A stretch of DNA of 64,000 nt from an uncultured Clostridia bacterium (GTDB lineage Bacteria; Bacillota_I; Bacilli_A; RF39; UBA660): the NCBI GenBank assembly GCA_947165365.1, contig CAMVAF010000001.1:17133-81132 (forward strand), written 5' to 3'. The position numbers and the translations under genes are program-made. Position 1 is the stretch's first letter. Each line of letters begins with the position of its first letter. Positions 56,052-64,000 of this stretch are shown here, piece by piece. The notes under the pieces were generated by a model. The model searched no databases. It was not told the DNA's origin and saw only the letters and a list, made by a program, of their open reading frames with translations.

Positions 56052-56960
56052 TCATTTCAAAAATAATTTATCAACATTTTTAGTAGGAATCATCATTTCT
56101 ATCTCTTTTTTTGTTTCAATAACAAACGTTTTTTTCGTATCATCATATTTTTCCCCATCCAAACACCATGGTTCAAAATCATCATTAAAAGTTATTTTAA
56201 TATTATCTGTTTTATAGCATTCAACACCACTAATATATGAAATATCACTAGTTTTCAAAGTATAAAAAGCGTGAGCTAATTTTCTTAATTTATTTATACT
56301 ACAAAACATTACTTCAAATTTTTTATCATTTAGTTTCATATCTCGATAAAAATTATTAATACCTGCAATTCTATTGGCATTAGAAATAATAATAAAAGTA
56401 TAATCACCATTATATTTAACACCATCTATTTCATATGTTACATTATATTTCTTGGTTTTTTTAAATAAATCTTTAGCTCCATTAACTAAATATGCAGCAT
56501 GCCCTAGTCTCTTCTTTAATTTTTGGGGTGTTTCATAAGGTATTTCCATAAACTTACCAAAACTTGCAACATAAACAAAATAACGGTTATTAATAGAACA
56601 TATATCTATTTTTTTTACTACACCTGATAAAATTGCATCAAGATTCTTAATAATATCGCCACCTAATCCATACATGTGACCAATATCATTAGTAGTTCCC
56701 ATTGGAATATGACTTAGGATAATAGGTTTACTTCTTTTAAAATTACCATTCATAACTTCATAAAATGTTCCATCTCCACCAATAGATATCAACAGATCAG
56801 CATCAACATTTAAAACAATTTCTTCAGCATGATTTGGATATTTTGTATAATATATTTTCCCTATATAGTCATATTCTTTTAATTTATCGATAATTTTTCC
56901 TTCATTTTTTTTAGTTCCCTTACCACTATTAGGATTTATAACTACAACACAACTTTTCAT
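56052..56960 (-). CDS. dagK: Diacylglycerol/lipid kinase (DagK/YegS family)
   Basis: VINPNSGKG, the GGDGT motif (SIGGDGTFYEV) and GTTNDIG. Confidence 0.85.
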   Translation of the reverse strand: MKSCVVVINPNSGKGTKKNEGKIIDKLKEYDYIGKIYYTKYPNHAEEIVLNVDADLLISIGGDGTFYEVMNGNFKRSKPIILSHIPMGTTNDIGHMYGLGGDIIKNLDAILSGVVKKIDICSINNRYFVYVASFGKFMEIPYETPQKLKKRLGHAAYLVNGAKDLFKKTKKYNVTYEIDGVKYNGDYTFIIISNANRIAGINNFYRDMKLNDKKFEVMFCSINKLRKLAHAFYTLKTSDISYISGVECYKTDNIKITFNDDFEPWCLDGEKYDDTKKTFVIETKKEIEMMIPTKNVDKLFLK

Positions 56961-56971
56961 ACTTTTCCTTT

Positions 56972-57220
56972 CTAAAACTTATCTTCAATATTATTTGGTA
57001 CTTTATCATTAATGATTGCCTTAACTATTTTTTCTTTTTTTTCAGAAGATACTTCACGTCCAGTTAAATTACTTAATTCATCAATAACTTCCATTAATGT
57101 ATTTTTATCTTTCATATTACCATTTTGTAATTTATTCGCTAAATTTAAAATAGTGTTTTTATTAATATTAGTTTTTCTTTCTATCTTTTTAAATAAACCA
57201 TCATTCACTATAGCCTCCAC
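56972..57220 (-). CDS. spoVIF: Stage VI sporulation protein F-like (SpoVIF/YjcC)
   Basis: FKKIERKTNINKNTILNLANKLQNGNMKDKNTLMEVIDELSNLTGREVSSEKKEKIVKAI parallels B. subtilis SpoVIF (FDKVEKKTGVKMEDILNLANSVQ..ANFKDEKTVRKVI...), recalled from memory. Confidence 0.55.
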   Translation of the reverse strand: MEAIVNDGLFKKIERKTNINKNTILNLANKLQNGNMKDKNTLMEVIDELSNLTGREVSSEKKEKIVKAIINDKVPNNIEDKF

Positions 57221-57235
57221 TATAGTATATGAAAT

Positions 57236-57442
57236 TTATCTAAAGAAGTCCCAATTATCATGATTATCATCATCATCTTCTTCATATTCATGATCTTTTC
57301 TAATAATATCTTTAATTATTTCATTATTTACATTATCTTTAATAAAAGGATTTACATCACTATCAATTTCTTTTCTTCCTATTTTATGATAATCTTTTAA
57401 TGGATCAATACTTTTATTATTAAAATTATTTTTTATAATCAT
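57236..57442 (-). CDS. Hypothetical acidic small protein
   Basis: Its start overlaps the der stop (ATGA at 57439-57442), which suggests translational coupling. The tail is acidic (EYEEDDDDNHDNWDFF). Confidence 0.4.
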   Translation of the reverse strand: MIIKNNFNNKSIDPLKDYHKIGRKEIDSDVNPFIKDNVNNEIIKDIIRKDHEYEEDDDDNHDNWDFFR

Positions 57443-58749
57443 TCATCTTCACCTCGATTCTTAAAAGTTAAAATAACTGGTGTTCCATAAAAGTCAAAAG
57501 CTTCTCTTATTCTATTTTCTAAATATCTATAATATGAGAAATGAACTAAACCTTTATCATTAACTCGGAAAACAAATTTTGGTGGTTTAACTCCTTCTTG
57601 ATTAACAAAATAAATCTTTAATCTTTTACCTTTATATGATGGTGGAAGTTTCAAAAGATAAGCATCTCTTATAACATCATTTAAGACATTTGTTTTAACT
57701 TCTTTTGTAATACATTCACTTACTTTAACTACTTCTTCCATAATTTTATTAATATTTTTCTTTTCTTTAGCGGAAATAAAGACAATTGGAACATATGTTA
57801 AAAAGTTAAATTCCGTTCTTAATAATTTTTCATATTCCTTCATACTCATGGAATTAGGAATATCCCACTTATTAACAGCGATTATTAAACCTTTTCCAAG
57901 ATTTTCTGCCATACCAATGATATGTTTATCATGAGAGATAATGCCATCAACAGAATCAATTACAAGGATACAAATATCACTTCTATCCATCGCTTTCATA
58001 CTACGAAGTAAACTATATTTTTCCACATTTTCATATACTTTACCACTTTTTCTAATACCAGCAGTATCAATAACAACATATTCTTTTCCATGATATTTTA
58101 AATAAGAGTCTGTCGAATCTCTTGTAGTTCCAGAAACATCTGATACAATGGCTCGCTCTTCATTTAAAAGAGCATTTACTAAACTGCTTTTTCCAACGTT
58201 AGGTCTTCCGATAATCGAAAATTTAATTCGTGAATCAGTTTCCTCGGAAGTATAAATAGGAAAATCCTCACATACTTTATCAAGAAGTTCTGATACCCCA
58301 CGATTATGTTCACCACTTATAAATACTACATCATCAAAACCAAGTTCATAAAAATCATATTTATAATCATCACTTTTTTTATTATCAGTTTTATTAACCG
58401 CAACTATTACCTTTTTACCAGAACGCCTTAACATATCACGAACTACTAAATCGTTTTCATTAATACCTTCCAAACCATCAACAAGAAAAATGATAACATC
58501 GGCTTCATCAATAGCAATTTCTACTTGAACCTTTATTTCATTATTAAATATTTCTTTAGATACATCAATACCTCCAGTATCAATTAAATTAAATTTATAT
58601 TTACCATATGTTGCTTCACTATAAATTCTATCTCTTGTAACACCTGGAGTATCCATAATAATAGATATCTTTTTACCTACTATTTTATTAAATAAAGTAC
58701 TTTTACCAACATTAGGTCTACCTACTAATGCCACTGTTTTCTTTTCCAT
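57439..58749 (-). CDS. der: Ribosome-associated GTPase Der (EngA)
   Basis: It has two GTPase domains (GRPNVGKSTLFN and GRPNVGKSSLVN) and a KH-like C-terminus. ATG 58749 follows a GGTGAAG RBS. The ORF track starts at 58767. Confidence 0.93.
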   Translation of the reverse strand: MEKKTVALVGRPNVGKSTLFNKIVGKKISIIMDTPGVTRDRIYSEATYGKYKFNLIDTGGIDVSKEIFNNEIKVQVEIAIDEADVIIFLVDGLEGINENDLVVRDMLRRSGKKVIVAVNKTDNKKSDDYKYDFYELGFDDVVFISGEHNRGVSELLDKVCEDFPIYTSEETDSRIKFSIIGRPNVGKSSLVNALLNEERAIVSDVSGTTRDSTDSYLKYHGKEYVVIDTAGIRKSGKVYENVEKYSLLRSMKAMDRSDICILVIDSVDGIISHDKHIIGMAENLGKGLIIAVNKWDIPNSMSMKEYEKLLRTEFNFLTYVPIVFISAKEKKNINKIMEEVVKVSECITKEVKTNVLNDVIRDAYLLKLPPSYKGKRLKIYFVNQEGVKPPKFVFRVNDKGLVHFSYYRYLENRIREAFDFYGTPVILTFKNRGEDE

Positions 58750-58838
58750 AAACTTCACCAAGAACATTATACTAAAAATTTAAAATATTGTCTATTTTTT
58801 ATTTAGATAAAATGCTATAATCTTTTTGTGAGGTAATT

Positions 58839-59414
58839 ATGATTTTTGCAACTAATAATCAAAATAAATTAAAAGAATTAAAAAATATTTTTAATAATCA
58901 AGATATTTTATGTTTAAAAGATTTAAATATTAATATTGATATTCCAGAAACTGGTAATAGTTTTTATGAAAATGCCTTAATAAAAGCCAAAGCAATATAT
59001 AATATAACCAAGATTCCTACGATAGCTGATGATTCTGGTTTAATCTTTTATGAAATACCAGATTATCCTGGTATTTATACTCATCGAATAGAAGAAGATG
59101 CTAAAAAAGAAGGTCTAACTAGAAACGATTTTTTAATAAAAAAAGGAAAAGAACTTAAGGATAAAAGAATTAAAGCTATTTGTAATCTAGTCTATTATGA
59201 TGGAGAAAATATTATATCCGCTAAAGGAGTTATGAAAGGTGTAATAACAGATAAAGAATACCCTGGAAACGGATTTGGTTTCGATAGTATATTTAGACTA
59301 AATGATGGTAGAGTTGTATCAGAGTTATCTCCATATGAAAAGAATCATTTATCTCACAGATATAACGCTAGTATTAAATTAAAAGAAAAATTAAAAAAAT
59401 TAAATATATTATAA
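58839..59414 (+). CDS. rdgB: Non-canonical purine NTP pyrophosphatase (RdgB/HAM1 family)
   Basis: IFATNNQNKLKEL, ENALIKAKA, ADDSGL, GFGFDSIF and LSHRYNA. Confidence 0.85.
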   Translation: MIFATNNQNKLKELKNIFNNQDILCLKDLNINIDIPETGNSFYENALIKAKAIYNITKIPTIADDSGLIFYEIPDYPGIYTHRIEEDAKKEGLTRNDFLIKKGKELKDKRIKAICNLVYYDGENIISAKGVMKGVITDKEYPGNGFGFDSIFRLNDGRVVSELSPYEKNHLSHRYNASIKLKEKLKKLNIL

Positions 59415-59439
59415 AAATAGAAGAATTTTATTTGTTCTT

Positions 59440-60141
59440 CTATCTTTTTATTTTTCTTAAATAATCTTTTTGTTCTTTTGTTATTCTAAATGATTCAATC
59501 ATCTTACTAATTGTTTTATTATAAGTAAAGTTAGATAATTGATTATCACTATTAAGATAATTAATTATCTTATCATAATACTTAGTTCCTATTTCCGCCA
59601 TAGTCCAAGCTATAGCCATTTCAGCATAATAATCATGACACTTTATTTTATCTAGTTTATTTATTATTTTATCAACATACTGATCATTAATAAAATTATG
59701 AAGTATCATAATAACACCAAATCTTACTTCAAATTCTTTTTTCGATTTTAAATATGGTATTATAAATTTCCACAAAATGGTTAAATCTTTTTCTTTAAAT
59801 TTAAAAGTAGACGTTACTGTATCATTAATTAACCAATTATTGATTTTATGAACATATTCTTTAATTAAAATTAATTTATCATCAAAAGATATTTTACTAT
59901 ATCCAATAACTAATCCTTCTAAAATATCTTCTTCCATGTATTTAGTATCACTTCTATTTTTATCTTTTAAATAATCATAAACATTTTCTTTTTTTAATAT
60001 TTCTTTAGCTAAATTTCTTAAAATAGGTATTTTTATTCCTAAAACTCTTTCTTCTTTATCATTAGGACAAAGTTTTAAAACAAATACTTTATTTTTATCA
60101 TCTTTTAATGATATTAATTTTTTCATTATTTCTTGATACAT
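59440..60141 (-). CDS. DNA alkylation repair protein (AlkD-like HEAT-repeat family)
   Basis: The length and motifs (VLGIKIPILRNLAKEI, NNWLINDTV, FEVRFGVIML and AIAWTMAE) are typical of the DNA_alkylation family. Confidence 0.7.
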   Translation of the reverse strand: MYQEIMKKLISLKDDKNKVFVLKLCPNDKEERVLGIKIPILRNLAKEILKKENVYDYLKDKNRSDTKYMEEDILEGLVIGYSKISFDDKLILIKEYVHKINNWLINDTVTSTFKFKEKDLTILWKFIIPYLKSKKEFEVRFGVIMILHNFINDQYVDKIINKLDKIKCHDYYAEMAIAWTMAEIGTKYYDKIINYLNSDNQLSNFTYNKTISKMIESFRITKEQKDYLRKIKR

Positions 60142-60272
60142 ATTTCCTCTTCATAGTTAATTATATTGTAGATTAAAAAAATTTTCAATATTTTAACGAA
60201 AAGTTAAGTTATCAACGACAAAAACAAAAAAAAGAGGTATTTTTCCTCTTTTATCGTTGATAACTCATATTT

Positions 60273-61031
60273 TCAGACACAAGTATATCCACCATCTACT
60301 GGTAAGATTACTCCTGTTACATAACTTGCTTCATCACTTGCTAAAAATATAGCTGCTGCGTTTAACTCGCCTTCATTTCCATATCTTCCCATTGGTACAT
60401 GAATTTTAGCAAATTCTTGAAATTCATCGGTATCTAATACCTTTTCTGTTAATTCTGTATAAAAGTATCCAGGACAAATACAGTTTACGGTAATATTGTC
60501 ATGTGCTAGTTCTGCTGCTGCAGCTCTTGTAAAATTAATTACACCACCTTTACTTGAATGATACGCGATTGTTGGTATTTTGGTATTTCCTACCATCCCA
60601 TACATTGATGAAATATTAATAATTCTTCCATATCCTTTTAATTTCATGATATTAGCAAAAGCTCTTGTTACTTTAAAGACACTTGTTAAATCAGTATCAA
60701 TAGTAAAATTCCATTCTTCATCATTCATTTCAAGGACACCTTTATCTTTACTTGCTCCAGCACAATTAATTAAAATATCTACTTTACGAAATTCACGATA
60801 CGCTTCTTCTGCAGCATACTTGATTTCAGAAGTATTTGTAACATCACATTTAATAGGAAGAACTTTAACGTTCAATAGTTCTAATTCTCCTTTTAATTCT
60901 TCTAATCTTTCGATTCTTCTTGCAAGTAATACCAAATTACTTCCAGCTTCGGCAAATGCTTTTGCCATTTGTTTTCCTAAACCACTACTAGCCCCTGTTA
61001 TAACAGTTACTTTTCCCTTTAAATCAAACAT
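60273..61031 (-). CDS. SDR-family oxidoreductase (gluconate-5-dehydrogenase / FabG-like)
   Basis: TGASSGLG cofactor motif, NCAG and the YHSSK catalytic motif. Confidence 0.85.
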   Translation of the reverse strand: MFDLKGKVTVITGASSGLGKQMAKAFAEAGSNLVLLARRIERLEELKGELELLNVKVLPIKCDVTNTSEIKYAAEEAYREFRKVDILINCAGASKDKGVLEMNDEEWNFTIDTDLTSVFKVTRAFANIMKLKGYGRIINISSMYGMVGNTKIPTIAYHSSKGGVINFTRAAAAELAHDNITVNCICPGYFYTELTEKVLDTDEFQEFAKIHVPMGRYGNEGELNAAAIFLASDEASYVTGVILPVDGGYTCV

Positions 61032-61042
61032 TTTACACCTCT

Positions 61043-61954
61043 TTATTCTATATTATTTATATATTTTATTGCTTCATTAGCCGCAATTGCGCCATCATTT
61101 GTTGCTGTAACTAACTGTCTTAATTCTTTACATCTGGTATCACCTGCTGCAAAAATACCTTTGGTACTGGTATGACAATTTTCATTAGTTATAATATAAC
61201 CAGAATTATCTAAATTAACCACATTTTTAAAATTTTCATTTTCAGGAATCGCTCCTATTGCAATAAATAATCCATCTATATTAATAATTTTTTTATGATT
61301 ATCTTTATCAGTTATTTCAACACTATCTAATTTTTCATCACCATTTATTTTAGTAATTACGCTATTATAGATAAATTCTACATTATCTTTTTCTTTTAAT
61401 AAATTAATAGTTTTCATATCAGCTCTTAAGGTATCTCTTCTATGGACAACATAAACTTTACCTGCGATATTAGATAAATATAGGGCATCTTCAATAGCAG
61501 TATTTCCTCCACCATTTACTAAAACTATTTTATTTTTATAGAAAGCTCCATCACATGTTGCACAATAAGATATTCCACGTCCTGTTAATTTTTCTTCATT
61601 ATCTAAATTTAATTTTCTTTTTTCATTACCAGTAGCTAAAATAATAGCCCTTGATTTATATTCATTACCTTTATCCGTAATAACTATCTTTTCTTTACTA
61701 GTATTTTTGATATTAACAACTTTTTCAAATTTAATAGTAGCACCTAATTCTTTAGCTTGATTATACATATTAGTTGCTAAATCAAAACCACTTACATGAT
61801 TAAGTCCAGGATAATTTTCAATATCTAGGGTATTTATTATTTGTCCACCATAACTTTTAGCTTCCAACACTAAACTTTTTTTACCACTTCTTGCAAGATA
61901 AATACTAGCGGTAAGACCAGCTGGTCCTGCACCAATTATAATAACATCAAACAT
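61043..61954 (-). CDS. trxB: Thioredoxin-disulfide reductase
   Basis: DVIIIGAGPAGLTAS and the redox-active CATCDG. The preferred ATG 61954 follows GAGGA within the trxA end. The ORF track starts at 61981. Confidence 0.92.
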   Translation of the reverse strand: MFDVIIIGAGPAGLTASIYLARSGKKSLVLEAKSYGGQIINTLDIENYPGLNHVSGFDLATNMYNQAKELGATIKFEKVVNIKNTSKEKIVITDKGNEYKSRAIILATGNEKRKLNLDNEEKLTGRGISYCATCDGAFYKNKIVLVNGGGNTAIEDALYLSNIAGKVYVVHRRDTLRADMKTINLLKEKDNVEFIYNSVITKINGDEKLDSVEITDKDNHKKIINIDGLFIAIGAIPENENFKNVVNLDNSGYIITNENCHTSTKGIFAAGDTRCKELRQLVTATNDGAIAANEAIKYINNIE

Positions 61955-61955
61955 T

Positions 61956-62267
61956 TTATTCCTCGATAAACTTGATGACATCTTCTTCTGGTATTAACCC
62001 AACATTTCTTCTTAATTCTTTACCATTTTCGATTAATACAAGACAAGGTATTGACATAACTCCATAACTTCTTGCAAGTTCTTCTTCATCATCGATATTA
62101 ATAGATACTATTTTAACATCATCTCTTTCACTTGCTACTTTATCAATTGTTGGTCTAAGCATACGGCAAGGTCCACACCAATCGGCATTAAAATCAATTA
62201 ATACTTTTGTTTTAGCATTTAATACTTCTTCCTTAAAATTATCATTTCCTACTTTTTTAACTTCCAT
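61956..62267 (-). CDS. trxA: Thioredoxin
   Basis: WCGPC active site, 103 aa. Confidence 0.93.
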   Translation of the reverse strand: MEVKKVGNDNFKEEVLNAKTKVLIDFNADWCGPCRMLRPTIDKVASERDDVKIVSINIDDEEELARSYGVMSIPCLVLIENGKELRRNVGLIPEEDVIKFIEE

Positions 62268-62700
62268 TTTGTTCCTCCTTTAAAATATTATTTAATACTT
62301 TATATATTAATTCATATAGTTTTTTAGCTTCATCAATATTTAATCCTACACACTTACCTGCTTTCTCTGGAATTAATTTTGCTTGTTCTTTTAATTTTTC
62401 CCCATCTTTCGTTAAAGTAATATTCAAGTTTCTTTCATCTAAATTACTTTTTTCTCTTTTAATATATCCTTTATTTTCAAGTTTTACTAAAAGAGGGGTT
62501 AATGTACTAGAATCAATAATTAACGTTTTAGAGAGTTCCTTAACATTACTTTCTTTCTTATCCCAAAAATACATCATAACAATATACTGCGTATAAGTAA
62601 GATTTAATTCTTTTAAATATTTATCATAAACTCTTGTTAATTCTTTTGCAGTTAAATATATGGGAAAACATAATTGATTCTCAAGTTTTAGACTGTCCAT
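62257..62700 (-). CDS. MarR-family (OhrR-like) transcriptional regulator
   Basis: It has an N-terminal Cys (ENQLCFPIY), as in OhrR-type regulators, and a winged-helix core. It overlaps the trxA start. Confidence 0.78.
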   Translation of the reverse strand: MDSLKLENQLCFPIYLTAKELTRVYDKYLKELNLTYTQYIVMMYFWDKKESNVKELSKTLIIDSSTLTPLLVKLENKGYIKREKSNLDERNLNITLTKDGEKLKEQAKLIPEKAGKCVGLNIDEAKKLYELIYKVLNNILKEEQNGS

Positions 62701-62710
62701 TTATAAACAC

Positions 62711-63250
62711 CTAAATTATTTTTTTAATATCCTCTTCCATATCTTTTGGTAAATATGTTGGATCATATCTTTTAATAACATTACCTTCTCTATCAACTAA
62801 AAACTTTGTAAAATTCCATTTAATACCATTTTCTTTAACACAAGTTTTACTTATTTTCATAATAGCTTTCATAGCCATTTTATTTTTCATTCCTTTTATT
62901 TCTTCTTCTGGACTATTTTCTTTTAAATAAGTAAATAACTTATCTTCATTCTCACCATTAACTTCAATTTTTTTAAATTGATCAAACTTCGTTTGATATC
63001 TTCCGGTACAAAATTCGTGAATCTCATCATCGGTTCCTGGTGCTTGATGACCAAATTGATCACATGGAAAGTCAAGAATTTCCAATCCTTTGTCGTGGTA
63101 TTTCTCATAAAGTTTTTCAAGTCCTTCATATTGAGGAGTAAATCCACAACCAGTTGCTGTATTAACAACTAACATAACTTTTCCCTTATTTTCACTAAGC
63201 GGAAAATCACTACCATCTCTATTTTTAACACTTAAATCATATATACTCAT
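62711..63250 (-). CDS. gpx: Glutathione peroxidase-family thiol peroxidase
   Basis: VVNTATGCGFTPQY, LEILDFPCDQFGHQ and WNFTKFLVDR are GPx signatures. The active-site residue is Cys, not Sec. Confidence 0.9.
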   Translation of the reverse strand: MSIYDLSVKNRDGSDFPLSENKGKVMLVVNTATGCGFTPQYEGLEKLYEKYHDKGLEILDFPCDQFGHQAPGTDDEIHEFCTGRYQTKFDQFKKIEVNGENEDKLFTYLKENSPEEEIKGMKNKMAMKAIMKISKTCVKENGIKWNFTKFLVDREGNVIKRYDPTYLPKDMEEDIKKII

Positions 63251-63313
63251 AATATTCTCCTTAATAATTTGTATACAAATTAATTATACTATTTACTACA
63301 TCATGTGTCAACA

Positions 63314-64000
63314 CTATTTAAAATAAACAAAATCAGTCAACCAGTCTCTTTCTGGTCTTTTTGGTGATTGAGCTTGAAGTTTTTTTCCATTAAACCAAAC
63401 AATTACAGATATACCACCATCTAATTGTGCTACATAGGAACATTCCAAATCTTTTAATAATTGTGCTCTATCTCTTGGAACTAAACCATATGATACTCCG
63501 TCAGATGGTTCATCACTATCAGAATATGCTGCACCCTCAGATACAACAAAATAAAATTCACCAGGTCCTTTATAACCTACAAAATTTGCTTGTCTATGAG
63601 CAGTTGAATTTAAAACTGATGAACTGATTTCACCATTTACTAATAAATTTGTACCAAAGCAAAATGAATCAGTAGCCTCATGTGATTGCACCGCAAGTAA
63701 AGCATTTTTTGATTTTAATGCCGATGATGGCCCCATAATTCCCGTTTTTTTACTATAAAAACCATATCCAATTCCAGATGCTTTAATTGTAGATAAATCT
63801 AATCCATTACCAGCAACATAAAAATATCTACCATCTCTAATTGCCCCTTTTATTTTATTACAACCATGACCACCATTTAATGAATAATCACCTTCAACAG
63901 CAAAAATAGCACTATTAATACTAGCTGCTACGCTAACATAACCGCAATTTTTTCCTACAATTTCATTTGCGCCAGTATGAGTATCATAAGCATACACTGT
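63314..64000 (-). CDS. Phosphodiester glycosidase (NAGPA/DUF2233) family protein, 5' end outside the window
   Basis: VAQLDGGISVIVWFNG resembles the LDGGGS motif of this family. The frame is open to nt 64000. Confidence 0.55.
   Translation of the reverse strand, partial: TVYAYDTHTGANEIVGKNCGYVSVAASINSAIFAVEGDYSLNGGHGCNKIKGAIRDGRYFYVAGNGLDLSTIKASGIGYGFYSKKTGIMGPSSALKSKNALLAVQSHEATDSFCFGTNLLVNGEISSSVLNSTAHRQANFVGYKGPGEFYFVVSEGAAYSDSDEPSDGVSYGLVPRDRAQLLKDLECSYVAQLDGGISVIVWFNGKKLQAQSPKRPERDWLTDFVYFK

Noticed and set aside
60580-61080. A 166-aa plus-strand ORF overlaps the SDR gene. Other nested ORFs are 51709..52191, 51381..51578, 6012..6269, 6332..6538, 7044..7271, 13755..14018, 14487..14750, 22537..22815, 22825..23112, 24662..24937, 25580..25789, 25815..26123, 28326..28511, 29462..29776, 32439..32630, 34436..34621, 36746..37009, 37080..37361, 37875..38084, 40685..40915, 44217..44402, 45658..45873, 47950..48144, 53368..53571, 57012..57263, 62923..63168, 62978..63172 and 63427..63627.
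   Set aside because: All are shadow ORFs on the opposite strand or in an alternative frame of genes with clear homology-type motifs. Their composition is hydrophobic or low-complexity, and no independent evidence supports them.

Overview
This is a visibly AT-rich chromosomal segment with almost every gene on the minus strand. It uses the standard genetic code: Trp is TGG throughout and long ORFs are uninterrupted. Pro-sigma-K, a SpoVIF-like protein, YlbJ, YetF/DUF421, CotH and EssC point to an endospore-forming low-GC Bacillota. An Erysipelotrichales/Clostridia-like origin is only a guess. Backbone genes are essC (partial), gpmA, engB, nrnA, ackA, rluB, argS, sufB, tRNA-Trp, a preA-like gene, recG, pssA, yebC, rmuC, ylbL/ylbJ, dagK, der, rdgB and a trxB-trxA-MarR-gpx redox cluster. 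The accessory content has five parts. (i) Two tandem paralogous surface proteins combine Big_2 repeats with a metallo-beta-lactamase fold. (ii) A ~7.5-kb defence region lies between recG and the preA-like gene and is cut into two modules by three direct copies of a ~47-bp hairpin core. Module 1 is an overlapping operon of two EcoRI-family m6A methyltransferases, a DUF262-HNH nuclease and a HEPN/Abi_C protein. Module 2 holds an uncharacterised 413-aa protein with a D..ExK nuclease-like C-terminus, a small-RNA candidate bounded by a promoter and a terminator, and a DUF3800 protein. No recombinase gene is present in either module. (iii) A Tad-type pilus/secretion operon sits next to sigK. (iv) A CotH kinase / lamin-tail / VTC / DUF4956 operon is preceded by a 784-aa prepilin-like protein with a Cys-rich tail. 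(v) An IS110-family element has a single in-frame TGA in its transposase and a promoter-driven ~190-nt structured RNA (bridge-RNA-like) upstream. A GC-rich structured leader, possibly a c-di-AMP/ydaO-class riboswitch, precedes a GH25 muramidase gene. I saw no rRNA, CRISPR array or prophage.
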